This document shows positions 11,508-21,215 of a DNA stretch of 64,000 nucleotides, piece by piece. Under the pieces are notes generated by a model. That model ran no database searches. It saw nothing but the letters and a program-made list of their open reading frames with translations, and was not told the DNA's origin. Each line of letters opens with the position of its first letter. Position 1 is the stretch's first letter. Both the position numbers and the translations under genes were made by a program. The stretch lies in contig CAVYBU010000025.1 in assembly GCA_963766735.1 (NCBI GenBank), forward strand, positions 1 to 64,000, written 5' to 3'. Source of the stretch: an uncultured Chloroflexia bacterium (GTDB taxonomy: Bacteria > Chloroflexota > Limnocylindria > Limnocylindrales > CSP1-4).

Positions 11508-12555
11508 CGCGCAGGTCTTCCTGGGCGCGGCGGTACTCCTCGTGACCGCCGACGTCCTGCCAGTACTCGATGATCGGGAAGCCGACCACGACCTGGCCCT
11601 CGCCCAACAGGCGCCGAATCAGGTCGGTCATGTCGAAGCGCCCATCGGCCGGGATGTGGTCCCACGCGCCGGGCTCGAGCAGGTAGATGCCGGCGTTCAC
11701 GAGGAGGCGGATGCGCGGCTTCTCGGTCAGGTCCATGACGCGGACGTCGTCGCACTCCACCACCCCGAATGGGACCTCGACCTCGTGGGCGCGAATGCCC
11801 ACCGTCAGAGTCGCGGCATGCTTCCGGTGAAAGCGCAGCATCGTCTGGTAGGGGACCCGGGTCAGGATGTCGCCGTTGACCACCAGGAACGGCCCGTTCG
11901 GACGCGGGATCAGCCGGAGGCCGCCCGCTGTGCCCATCGGCTCATCCTCGGTGGCGTAGCTGATGCGGACCCCGAATGCCTCGCCGTCGCCGAAGTGGCG
12001 GACGATGCTGTCGGACAGATAGTGGGTGGTGAGGTGGACCTCGCGGATCCCGGCCCCGCGCAGCTGGTCGATCGTGCGCTCCAGAAGCGGCCGCTCGCCC
12101 ATCGGCAGCATGGGCTTGGGGACGGTCTCCGTCAGCGGCATGAGGCGCTTGCCGAAGCCGCCGGCCATGACCACGGCCGACAGGTCCCCAGGCACATCGA
12201 CGACGATGTTCTTGCGGAGCAGGAAGTCGACCAGGGCGCCGGCTTCGTCGACTACCGGGAGGTGGTTGATGTCGTGCTGCAGCATCACCTGTAGCGCCTC
12301 GGCCGGTCCGATGGGCGCGCGCGCGACGACGGGTTCCGGGGTGGCGATGGAGCCGCATGGGTCGGCCAGCGACACCTTGCGCAGGACCGCGCGGCGAATG
12401 TCACCATCGGTGAGGAGTCCCGCGACCTGCCAATCCGGACGGCACAGGACGAGGCCGCCGGTCCCGGCCATGTCCAGCTGGGAGATGGCGTCGGCGATGG
12501 AGAGCTCCGGCGACGCGACGACGGCCTCAAGAGTCTCCGGGCGCTCGTGGTCCAT
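11494..12555 (-). CDS. CBS-domain nucleotidyltransferase (PtmE-like)
   Basis: [12 protein letters not shown] pair followed by [29 protein letters not shown]. Confidence 0.85.
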   Translation of the reverse strand: MDHERPETLEAVVASPELSIADAISQLDMAGTGGLVLCRPDWQVAGLLTDGDIRRAVLRKVSLADPCGSIATPEPVVARAPIGPAEALQVMLQHDINHLPVVDEAGALVDFLLRKNIVVDVPGDLSAVVMAGGFGKRLMPLTETVPKPMLPMGERPLLERTIDQLRGAGIREVHLTTHYLSDSIVRHFGDGEAFGVRISYATEDEPMGTAGGLRLIPRPNGPFLVVNGDILTRVPYQTMLRFHRKHAATLTVGIRAHEVEVPFGVVECDDVRVMDLTEKPRIRLLVNAGIYLLEPGAWDHIPADGRFDMTDLIRRLLGEGQVVVGFPIIEYWQDVGGHEEYRRAQEDLRDGRF

Positions 12556-12557
12556 GA

Positions 12558-12890
12558 TCAGGACCCGTGGCTGGCCGCGACGGCGGCCGACGGGTCGTTG
12601 AGGACGCGGCGACTGGCGGCGCCCGTGGCGGGGTCCACGCTCACGACCGTCGTCACGCCGTAGGCGTTGTTGGCCGCCAGGCCGATGGCGTCGAGAGCGC
12701 CGAGCGGGTAGGTCTCCTCATCGAAGACGTAGCGCCAGCGGTGGAACGGCTCGTCGATATCGAGGTTGTCGTGGTGATACGTGCCGGCGACGGTGCGCAG
12801 GGCCAGCCACGGCTGCGGCCCGAAGGTCGGGACCCGCGACCGGATTCCCTCCGTATCCACGCAATGGACGACGTAGACGGGACGTACCAA
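12558..12890 (-). pseudogene. Short hypothetical gene, probably an internally deleted remnant of a larger glycan-locus protein
   Basis: RBS GGAGG and N-terminal VYVVHCVDTEG joined abruptly to TFGPQPWLAL...DNLDID C-terminal-like segment; only 110 aa. Confidence 0.45.
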
Positions 12891-12961
12891 CGTGATCCTC
12901 CGGGCAGGGAGAGGATGAATGTTCGACCGGGACCGGCCTCCCGCCGTCCGGCTCCAGCCAA

Positions 12962-14014
12962 TCAGCGCAGGTGCTCCCAGCGAAGCACCTGGTCCTCGAC
13001 GAGGTCCGCGGCCAGCTCGCGGCCGACGACATAGCGGAGCTCGTCGGGGCCGATCCCGGTTCCCGGACGCTTCGCATCCAGGTCCGCCTCGGTGAGGACG
13101 TGACCGGCGGGCAGCGCGGCCCGCGTGACCAAGCTGCGCCGGAACTGGCGGCGCTTGACGATCTCAGCCTCCGACAGCATCCGGCGCGTGCTGCCCAGCG
13201 CCTCGTGGATGGCGCGCCCGTCCTCGACGATGGCCCGCATCTCCGGGGGATCGGACGAGATGGCGTGGTCCCAGCCCTCCATCTCCTTGTCGAGGGTGAA
13301 GTGCTTCTCGATCATGCATGCGCCCAGGGCGATGGCCGCGAGCGGGATCGCCGTCCCCAGGGTGTGGTCACTGAAACCCACGGGCACGTCGAAGGCCTGG
13401 CGCAGGGTCTCGAGGTTGCGCAGGTGGATGGTCGACGGCGCCGCCGGATAGATGGAGACGCATTGGAGCAGGACGACCTCCTCGTTGCCCTGGGCATGCA
13501 CGGTATCCATGGCCCGCTCGATCTCGCCCAGGGTGGCCATCCCCGTCGAGATCACGACGGGCCTACCCGTCCGGGCAACATGTGCCAGGAGCGGCAGGTT
13601 GGTGATGTCCATCGAGGCGATCTTGATGAACGGGACGTCCAGTCCGGCCAGCAGGTCCGCCTCCGCCGGGGCGAACGCGCTGGAGCAGAAGGCGATCCCG
13701 CGCTCCAGGGCGTGGTCGCGGGCAACGACGTGCTGCTCGGGCGTGAGCTGGTAGGCGCTCACCATCTCGCGGAGCGACCCGAAGTGCTTCTTCTTGTCCG
13801 CGTAGCTGGGATTCCGCTCGTATTCCTCCCGGGCGATGAGAGACGTTTCACTCCACGACTGGAACTTGACCGCGTTGGCGCCCGCCTCGGCGGCGGCGTC
13901 GATCAGCTTCAGGCAGAGATCCATGTCCCCGTTGTGGTTGGAGCCGACCTCGGCGACGATGTAGGGCGGGTTGTCGCCGCCCACGGCCACATTTCCCAGG
14001 TTGACGGGTCTCAC
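12962..14014 (-). CDS. neuB: Nonulosonic acid (N-acetylneuraminate-family) synthase with SAF/AFP domain
   Basis: IVAEVGSNHNGD, AVKFQ, KIASMD, ISTGMATL, GFSDHT, IEKHFTLD, KRPGTG; GTG overlaps the upstream stop. Confidence 0.92.
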   Translation of the reverse strand: MRPVNLGNVAVGGDNPPYIVAEVGSNHNGDMDLCLKLIDAAAEAGANAVKFQSWSETSLIAREEYERNPSYADKKKHFGSLREMVSAYQLTPEQHVVARDHALERGIAFCSSAFAPAEADLLAGLDVPFIKIASMDITNLPLLAHVARTGRPVVISTGMATLGEIERAMDTVHAQGNEEVVLLQCVSIYPAAPSTIHLRNLETLRQAFDVPVGFSDHTLGTAIPLAAIALGACMIEKHFTLDKEMEGWDHAISSDPPEMRAIVEDGRAIHEALGSTRRMLSEAEIVKRRQFRRSLVTRAALPAGHVLTEADLDAKRPGTGIGPDELRYVVGRELAADLVEDQVLRWEHLR

Positions 14015-14928
14015 GTTGGCTCCTTCTGGGTGCTCCACTGGGATCGCAGGGGCGGGTGGGCGACGGACGCCCACCAGAGGAGGGGCGGAGGCGCTGCGTT
14101 CAGCTCCCGCACATAGCGGGAGAGTCCGGCCGCGTCCTCGACGACGCGCTGGTCGAAGGCCGCGACATCGGCGGCGGCTTCGCGGACCTGCGTCGCTCGG
14201 GCCGGCAGCGCCCGCGCCGGCAGGCCGTCCAGCACCAGCCGGAAGTGCTCGCGGACCAGCGCCGTGTCGGCCCGCACGCGCTCCGCCGTGAACGGCGACC
14301 GGATTCGGGCCATGTTTGCGCCGTGCTGGCGATAGTCCATCCGTGGCGTCGGATCGAAGGCCAGCCGTGCGCCTTGCAGCCAGGCCATCGTGACCAGGTA
14401 CCAGTCCACCAGGGCGGCCGCGGCCGGGATCGGGAGGCAGGCTCGCAGCACGTCGGACCGGTAGGCCGTGTTCGAGAGCCCGAACGCGTTGGTGCGGGGC
14501 AGGGTGGATTCGGTTTCCCCTTCGCCCGGAGTCGCGAGCGACACCCCCAGGGGCTGTCCAGCCTCGTCGACCAGGCGCAGACCGCAGGCGGCGACATCGG
14601 CGCCTTCCAGCGATGCGCGTGCCGCAGCGACGCGATCCGGGTGCAGGAGGTCGTCGCTGTCAACGAGCACCACCGCATCGTAGTGGTCGGCGATCCGCGT
14701 CAGCGCCTGCTGGCGCACCTGGGCGGGCGTGGACCCCGTTTCGGCGACGACGAAGGTCGCGGCCGGCCGATGCCCCAGCTGCGCCACGACCGCCGCCTCG
14801 GTCAGCCCGTCCAGGCTGATCCAGAGATCGAAGTCGCGGTCGGCCTGTGCCTGGACCGACGCGTACCAAGCGGCAAGAAAGCGGGCGGCGCCGGGGTAGA
14901 CGGCGGTGTAGAGGGCAATCGCGCTCAT
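14011..14928 (-). CDS. GT-A fold glycosyltransferase-like protein
   Basis: LVDSDD DxD motif, DW and YRQHGAN motifs; ATGA-coupled between neuA and neuB. Confidence 0.65.
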   Translation of the reverse strand: MSAIALYTAVYPGAARFLAAWYASVQAQADRDFDLWISLDGLTEAAVVAQLGHRPAATFVVAETGSTPAQVRQQALTRIADHYDAVVLVDSDDLLHPDRVAAARASLEGADVAACGLRLVDEAGQPLGVSLATPGEGETESTLPRTNAFGLSNTAYRSDVLRACLPIPAAAALVDWYLVTMAWLQGARLAFDPTPRMDYRQHGANMARIRSPFTAERVRADTALVREHFRLVLDGLPARALPARATQVREAAADVAAFDQRVVEDAAGLSRYVRELNAAPPPLLWWASVAHPPLRSQWSTQKEPT

Positions 14929-15620
14929 GAACGCCCCATCAGCGCCTCTGCCAGCCGCCAGTCTTCCTCGGTGTCGATGTCGATCGCATGCGTCCAGTCG
15001 ATCTCCCAGCCGGTCCTGCCGGCAAGGTGGAACGTCCCCGCGCGACGCAGGGCGTCCGTCCTGGCCCACCAGACGGCTCCCGTGGGGCAGAAGAGCTCGG
15101 GAAGGTCCTGGCTGCGCTGTCGCATCGCATCCGGGAAGAGGGGGTCCAGCGAGCCGTCCGCCGCCCGGCGCATCGCCCACCAGGGGCTCTGCCAGCCGTA
15201 CCGCGCGACCGAGATCTGCGCCTCGGCCGGCCGGTCGCTGAACTGGCGATGGCTGGCCACCACGTCGTCGGCCGTGCGCAGCGGACAGTTCGGCATCAGC
15301 TGGCAGACCTCGAGGTACGCCTCTCCGGCCCGCTCCAGGCGATCCACGACGTCGATCGTCGCCCGCGAGACGGGCGTCATGTCATCGGCCAGGGCGGCGT
15401 CCCGAAGAAACGGAACCTCGGCGCCCAGGGCCCGGGCCACGGCGGCAATCTCGGCATCGTCGGTCGACACCACAACCCGGGCGAAGAGGCCGCTTCTCAG
15501 CGCGGCCTCGACCGAGTAGGCGAGCAGCGGCCGGCCCTGCATCTCGCGGATGTTCTTGCGCGGCACCCGCCGCGATCCGCCACGGGCGGGGATCACCGCG
15601 AGGGCGCCGCCGGTGCTCAT
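14925..15620 (-). CDS. neuA: CMP-nonulosonate synthetase (NeuA/PseF/LegF family)
   Basis: AVIPARGGSRRVPRKNI, VSTDD, IDIDTEEDW. Confidence 0.9.
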   Translation of the reverse strand: MSTGGALAVIPARGGSRRVPRKNIREMQGRPLLAYSVEAALRSGLFARVVVSTDDAEIAAVARALGAEVPFLRDAALADDMTPVSRATIDVVDRLERAGEAYLEVCQLMPNCPLRTADDVVASHRQFSDRPAEAQISVARYGWQSPWWAMRRAADGSLDPLFPDAMRQRSQDLPELFCPTGAVWWARTDALRRAGTFHLAGRTGWEIDWTHAIDIDTEEDWRLAEALMGRS

Positions 15621-16258
15621 CGGATCCTCCGGGCGGGAGCCCCGACGTACGTTCCCGGCTCGGTCAGGTCGTCCGTGACCACCGCTCCGGCACCGATCAG
15701 GCAGCCCTCCGCGATGCGTACGCCGTGGATGACCACGGCTCCGGCTCCGACGAAGGTGTGGTCGCCGATCCTGACCCCGCCGCTCACCGTGGCGCCGGGG
15801 CCGATGTGGACGTTCGTGCCGAAGCGACAGTCGTGCTCCACGGTGGCGTTGGTGTTGACGACGCAGGTGGGCCCGGTGACAACACCCGCGTTGACGACGG
15901 CCCCGTCGAAGACGACCGTGCCGGCCCCCAGCTCCACCTCGCAGTTGACCACGGCGTCGGGAGAGACGAAGACGGGGAATCCGTACCCCAGCGCCTCGGC
16001 TGCGGCCTGGATCCGGGCACGGCGCGCCGTCGCGTCCACCTTGCCGACGCCCATGGCCGCCGCACAGCCGGGGTGGCGGGCCAGCAGGGCCGGCAGCACG
16101 TCGTCGCCGCCGGCATGGGGAACGCCCAGCACGGGCCCGACGTCGCGCGGATCCACGTAGCCGGCGATCGTCCAGGGCAGCTTGCGGATGACGCTGATGA
16201 GCACCTTGGCATGGCCTCCCCCGCCGAGGACCACGACCGTTCCGCCGTCGTCGCTCAT
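15617..16258 (-). CDS. NeuD/PglD family sugar acetyltransferase
   Basis: VLGGGGHAKV, NTNATVEHDC, hexapeptide repeats, GAPAR. Confidence 0.88.
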   Translation of the reverse strand: MSDDGGTVVVLGGGGHAKVLISVIRKLPWTIAGYVDPRDVGPVLGVPHAGGDDVLPALLARHPGCAAAMGVGKVDATARRARIQAAAEALGYGFPVFVSPDAVVNCEVELGAGTVVFDGAVVNAGVVTGPTCVVNTNATVEHDCRFGTNVHIGPGATVSGGVRIGDHTFVGAGAVVIHGVRIAEGCLIGAGAVVTDDLTEPGTYVGAPARRIR

Positions 16259-16328
16259 GCCCAATCCTCCCGGCAAGAGGCGGCCGGCGCCAGAGTCCAA
16301 CCGCCCGACCGGATCGCGCCGCAGGCCG

Positions 16329-17691
16329 TCACGGAAGCGCCTCACGAACCGCGTCGCTGCGCTGGAGACGCAGGACGAGCAGGTAACCCACGATCATGAA
16401 CACCGTGCGCCCGATCAGCATCGCCTGGGGGAAGGCCGTCAGGTCCGCGTCGGGCCCGAGCACCAGGAGGGCGATCGACGTAGGCGGCGATCCCGCAACC
16501 GAGGGCGGCCAGGTACATGTCCTGCCGGCCGACCACGTTGAAGACGGACATCACCGGCTGGAAGCTGCTCACCACCGGGAGCAGGAGTGCCCACTGCATG
16601 GCCGGCACCGCCCCCACGTATTGCGGGATCAGGAACTGCACGACGGGTTCGACGGCGAACCAGCCAACGGCGGCCACCACGGCCAGCCCGGCAGAGGTTG
16701 CCAGCATCGGCTTGATCGAGATCCGCACGAGATGGCGGGTGTCTCGGCCGGCCCCGTACTCCTGGGCCATTCGCGGATAGAGCACCTGGGCCAGGGCGGC
16801 CGGGACCACCTCCAAGGCCGTGACTCCCAGCACCACCATGGCATAGAGCCCCATGCCCTGGGTGCCCGTGAAGTGGAGGACGAGGGTGGAGTTGATCACC
16901 CCCGTCCAGAGGCCGTAGATCTGCCCCACGGCGAAGATGGGTGCGCCGATGATGAACAGGTGCCGGAGGTTGCTCCGGCTCCAGTGCGGGCCCACCCGCA
17001 CGGGCCGCCAGCGGAACAGGAGCGCCGTGCTGGTTGCGCCCGCCAGGATCGCGCGCAGGCAGAGCCCGTAGAAGCCGAACGCCGCCACCAGGATCAGCGC
17101 GGCGAGACCCGTGGCGGCCTCCACGACATTGACCCGGGCCAGGCGGACGAACTCGCTGCTGGTGCGGAAGGTAATCGCCAGGTAGCCGTTGTTGCCGTAG
17201 AAGCTGAAGATCGCCAGGATGGCGTTTGTGGCCCAGCCGGCCGCCTGCTGCAGGTCGCCCTGGACCAACTGCCACGCCGCAACGGCCAGCAGGCAGAGGG
17301 AGATCACGCCACCGGTGGCCAGCGCCCATGCCTGCCCCGCGGCGGCAAGGGCGTGTGCCCGGGCGATGTCGCCCCGCCCGATGTGGTACGGCAGTTCGCG
17401 GTTGACGCCGTTGAGGATGCCCAGCTGGGCGATCGAGGCGTAGCCCAGCACCAGCCCGATGCCGGCGAACAGGCCCAGCGTGCTGGGCGCGACCAGGCGC
17501 CCCAGCAGGATGCCACCCGCCAGGCGCATCCCCATCGCCACCAGGTTCCCACCCGCCAGCGAGCCCGCCAGGAAGAGGACCGAGCGGCGCGACCCGCCCG
17601 CGGTGGGCTCGCCAGTGGCAACCTCCGCGGCGGCAGCCGCGTCGACCACGATCTCGCGGCCGTCGATCGCCGGATCGCTGGCTGGCGTCAT
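16329..17691 (-). CDS. Wzx-type flippase; frameshift near 16480
   Basis: Multi-TM protein with QLGILNGVNRELP and QVLYPRM; hydrophobic C-terminus continues in another frame to the stop at 16329. Confidence 0.75.
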
Positions 17692-17718
17692 CGACTCGGT
17701 CCGTCGTTGGCGGCCGGC

Positions 17719-18867
17719 CTAGACCGGCGTCGCCTGTCGCCGCGGACCGGCCGCCTCCACCAGGGCGACCACGTCCGCGATCTGCTCCGCCGTCAGCGAG
17801 AGCGAACACGGCAGGTTGAGCACGGTGTCATAGAAGCGGGGGGCACGCGTGATGCGGTGCGCCTGCATCTCCCGATACGGCTTCTGCAGGTGATTGAGAT
17901 ACCAGAGCGGGCGGACCTGGACCCCGGCCGCAGTGGAGGCCGCCAGGAGCTCGCGCTTCATGTCGGCGCTGTCGCACAGGAGGGCGTAGAACCAGCGGTT
18001 CGATTCGCTCCAGCCGGGCTGGCCGAGGAGGCGGGACGGGCCGAGCGCCTCCTGGTAGCGGGCGAAGTTGGCGCGCTTGATCGCGATCCGCTCGTCGAGG
18101 TTCTCCAGCTGAGCCAGGCCGATCGCGGCCAGGACATTGTTCATCCGATAGTTGTAGCCCACGCTGTTGTGGACGTACTCGACGCCGTCCTCCTTGGCCT
18201 GGGTCGTCAGGTAGCGGGCCTGGCGGGCGATCTCGTCGTCGTCGGTCATGATCGCCCCGCCGCCGCCGGTGGTCACGATCTTGTTGGTGTTGAAGCTCAG
18301 ACAGCTGATGGGCGCGAGGTGGCCGCACATGCGGCCCTTGTAGCGCGAGCCCAGGCTCTCGCTGGCGTCCTCCACGACCGCCAGGCCGTATTCGGCGGCC
18401 AGCGCCATGATGGGATCCATGTCTGCCGAGGTGCCGAAGACGTGGACCGGCACGATGGCCGAGACGCGCCGGCCCGTCGTACGGTTGGTCAGGACCCCGT
18501 CGCGCACGATGCACTCCTCGGCCAGGAAGCTCCGCACGCCCTCGACGTCCATGTTGCAGTACTCATCGCAGTCGACGAAGACCGGCCAGGCATGCAGGTA
18601 GCGAACCGCGTTGACCGGGGCGATGAACGTCACCGTGGGCACGATGACCTCGTCGTCGGGCTGGACGCCGGACAGCATGAGCGAGATGTGGATGGCCGAG
18701 GTGCCCGAATTGCAGGCGACGACGTGCTTGACGCCGAGATAGGACGCCAGGACCTTCTCCATCTCCCACACGAACTCGCCGTTCGCGGAGATCCAGCCGC
18801 TGGCCAGGCAGCGGGTGAGGTACTCGAGTTCGCGCCCACCGAGGGACGGCTCGGACAGCGGGATCAT
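17719..18867 (-). CDS. legC: LegC-family aminotransferase
   Basis: MIPLSEP, GWIS, VPVHVFG, EDASESLG, SFNTNKIVTTGGGG, GYNYRM. Confidence 0.8.
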   Translation of the reverse strand: MIPLSEPSLGGRELEYLTRCLASGWISANGEFVWEMEKVLASYLGVKHVVACNSGTSAIHISLMLSGVQPDDEVIVPTVTFIAPVNAVRYLHAWPVFVDCDEYCNMDVEGVRSFLAEECIVRDGVLTNRTTGRRVSAIVPVHVFGTSADMDPIMALAAEYGLAVVEDASESLGSRYKGRMCGHLAPISCLSFNTNKIVTTGGGGAIMTDDDEIARQARYLTTQAKEDGVEYVHNSVGYNYRMNNVLAAIGLAQLENLDERIAIKRANFARYQEALGPSRLLGQPGWSESNRWFYALLCDSADMKRELLAASTAAGVQVRPLWYLNHLQKPYREMQAHRITRAPRFYDTVLNLPCSLSLTAEQIADVVALVEAAGPRRQATPV

Positions 18868-18879
18868 GGGCGTCCTCGC

Positions 18880-19845
18880 CTACGAGTTGCGGTACCGGGC
18901 CGCGTAGGGATCGGTGATCAGGCCCGACGCGATGGCGTCCGCCACCTCGCGGATGCCGTCGCGCAGGCGCATCCGGGGCATGAACCCGAGCGCGGCGATG
19001 CGCTCGAAGGACACCCGGTAGTCCCGTGGGTCCTCGGCCCGCTCCACGTAGCGGAGACGAACCGGGATCTGCTCGGCGATCGCCTCCGCGATCGCGCGCT
19101 TCTGGTAGTTCTCCTCGTCGGCGCCGACGTTGAAGACCCGGCCGGCAACACGCTCCCGGTCCTGCTCGAGGATCATGGCCACGGCGTTGGCGATGTCGCG
19201 CACGTGGCAGTAGGGTCGCCAGAACTCCGGCCCGAAGATCTCCAGCTCGCCCCTGAGCAGGGCGTCGCGAGCGAATTCGTTGATGGTCAGATCGAAGCGC
19301 GGCCGGAGGGACAGGCCATAGACGGTGGCGAAGCGCAGGATGGTGAAGTCCAGGGCCACGGAACGGGCCAGGAGGAGCTCCTCGAACCTGACCTTGAGCT
19401 GCGCGTAGAGGCTGACCGGGCGGAGGGGTGCGTCCTCGTCGAGGACGGCATCGGCCTCCATCTTGCCGTAGTTGCTGCAGGTGGAGGCGAACAGAAAATG
19501 GCCCACGCCGTGCCGATCGCTGAGCTCGAGCAGGCTCCGCGAGCCGTCCCAGATGGTCCTGGTGGCGAGCTCGGGCTGCGCCTTGCAGGCCGGATCGCCG
19601 ACGATCGAGGCGAGATGGACCACCGCATCGAACCGCCGGGCCGCGAAGAGCGCCTCGAGGTCCGCAGGGACGCAGATGTCGACCTTGCGGAACGAGAAAT
19701 CAGGGTTGGAGAGCAGGTCGAGCAGCGCCTCGCCGCCGAAGAGGAGCGCGTCCGCCACGACGACGCGGTGGCCCCGGGCAAGCAGCTCGCGGGATACCAT
19801 CGAACCGACATAGCCGGCACCGCCGGTGACAAGGATCGTGCTCAC
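18880..19845 (-). CDS. NAD-dependent epimerase/dehydratase
   Basis: TGGAGYVGS, HLASIVGDPAC, ASTCSNYG, YAQLK. Confidence 0.85.
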   Translation of the reverse strand: MSTILVTGGAGYVGSMVSRELLARGHRVVVADALLFGGEALLDLLSNPDFSFRKVDICVPADLEALFAARRFDAVVHLASIVGDPACKAQPELATRTIWDGSRSLLELSDRHGVGHFLFASTCSNYGKMEADAVLDEDAPLRPVSLYAQLKVRFEELLLARSVALDFTILRFATVYGLSLRPRFDLTINEFARDALLRGELEIFGPEFWRPYCHVRDIANAVAMILEQDRERVAGRVFNVGADEENYQKRAIAEAIAEQIPVRLRYVERAEDPRDYRVSFERIAALGFMPRMRLRDGIREVADAIASGLITDPYAARYRNS

Positions 19846-19893
19846 GAAATCATCCCATCCCCCATCGCGACCCGCGCCAATCCACGAGTCCGC

Positions 19894-19902
19894 ATCCTAG
19901 CA
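19894..19902 (-). promoter_or_regulatory. Putative extended -10 promoter (TGcTAGGAT) upstream of the nonulosonate operon
   Basis: TGnTAnnnT match in the intergenic gap about 50 nt upstream of the 19845 start. Confidence 0.4.
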
Positions 19903-20001
19903 GGCGGGTTGCCGGGACCCGCGTGGCGAGGCCTGGGTCGGGAGTCGCGGCGCCGGTGCTGGTCGCGATCGCCGCCGCCAGGGCCTCCTTGAGGTGGTGC
20001 G

Positions 20002-21207
20002 CTAGCGTCCCCGCCGGACGGCGCGATCCAGGATCGCCTCGAAGGCGGCTCCGGCATGCGCCCAGCTGTAGTTCGCCACAACCGCCGCGCGGGCCGCGGC
20101 GGACAGCGCAGCGCGCCGGTCGGCATCGGCAAGGAGCGCGGACACGCGCTCCACGTACTCCTGGGGCGTCCCGGCCTGCAGGTAGTGCTCGCCGTCGCGC
20201 AAGCCGGTTCCCTCGACCGCCACGTCCGAGGCGACGATGGCACACCCCATTGCGGCGGCTTCCAGGACCTTGTTCTTAAGCCCGCCGCCATAGCGCAGTG
20301 GACAGACGAAGACGTCGGCCCCGGCATACCACTGCCGGATGTCATCGACGAAGCCGGCCACCTCCACGGGCGAGCCGCCGGGGGCGGCGATGTCGGCTGG
20401 CGGACCGACGATGTGAAACCGGGCATCGGGAAACCTGTCTCTGACTGCCGGCGCGATCTCGTTGATGAGGAAGCGCGCGGCGTCATGGTTCGGACCGTAG
20501 GCCAGGTTGCCCACGAAGAGGAGCGACGGCGCGCCGGGCAGCCGACGGTCACCGGCGGACGGGGCGAAGTGGTCCGTGTCGCACCCGTTGTGGACGACGT
20601 CGACCGGCACCCTAAGGTCACGCTCCAGCAGGGTCGCCTCGACCGGGGAGATGAGGACGACGGCCGCAGCCGCGCGAAGGGTCCGGCGCTCGTAGCTCCG
20701 GACCAGCGACGCGCTCCACCGACCCAGGAGGCGACCCGACCGGGACGGGCGCAGTCGTGCCTCGGTGCGGGCCAGGCGACTCATGTAGTCAACCTCGTCC
20801 ACGACGAGCGGCAGTTCCGCTCCCGCCGCGTACTGCACCATCGGCAGCGTGTCCACCCAGATCACGTCGCCGTCCCTGGCGGCTGCGGCCACGGCCTGCA
20901 GCGCAGCCGCGTGCTCCGCCGGCCGGAGGCGCCGGGTGGCGAACCACGGGTCGCCCCGCAGCGCATTGGCGAGCCGCTGCCGGGCAGTTCGCGCATCCCG
21001 CTCGACCGGCGCGACCGACACGCCGCGGAAGGGGGACTCCGGGCCACGGTAGCGCGCCAACATGGCCGGCTCCGCGGCGGCACCCTGCGCGACCACGAGC
21101 AGGTCGATGGCGTGGCGGGCCGCCAGCTGACGGGCCAGCTGGAACGTGCGGGGGGATCCGGCCTCGCCCGGCACGGGCATGCCCGGGCTCACCAGCAGGA
21201 TCCGCAT
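20002..21207 (-). CDS. GT4 family glycosyltransferase
   Basis: MRILLVSP, VHNGCD, LFVGNLAYGPN, GGGLKNKVLEAAAMG. Confidence 0.85.
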   Translation of the reverse strand: MRILLVSPGMPVPGEAGSPRTFQLARQLAARHAIDLLVVAQGAAAEPAMLARYRGPESPFRGVSVAPVERDARTARQRLANALRGDPWFATRRLRPAEHAAALQAVAAAARDGDVIWVDTLPMVQYAAGAELPLVVDEVDYMSRLARTEARLRPSRSGRLLGRWSASLVRSYERRTLRAAAAVVLISPVEATLLERDLRVPVDVVHNGCDTDHFAPSAGDRRLPGAPSLLFVGNLAYGPNHDAARFLINEIAPAVRDRFPDARFHIVGPPADIAAPGGSPVEVAGFVDDIRQWYAGADVFVCPLRYGGGLKNKVLEAAAMGCAIVASDVAVEGTGLRDGEHYLQAGTPQEYVERVSALLADADRRAALSAAARAAVVANYSWAHAGAAFEAILDRAVRRGR

Positions 21208-21215
21208 CGCGGCGG

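Noticed and set aside
16396-19992. 1198-aa plus-strand ORF, and other long antisense ORFs such as 4979-7303, 22863-24872 and 51608-53620
   Set aside because: Shadow ORFs of high-GC coding sequence opposite genes with clear motifs; no recognisable domains.
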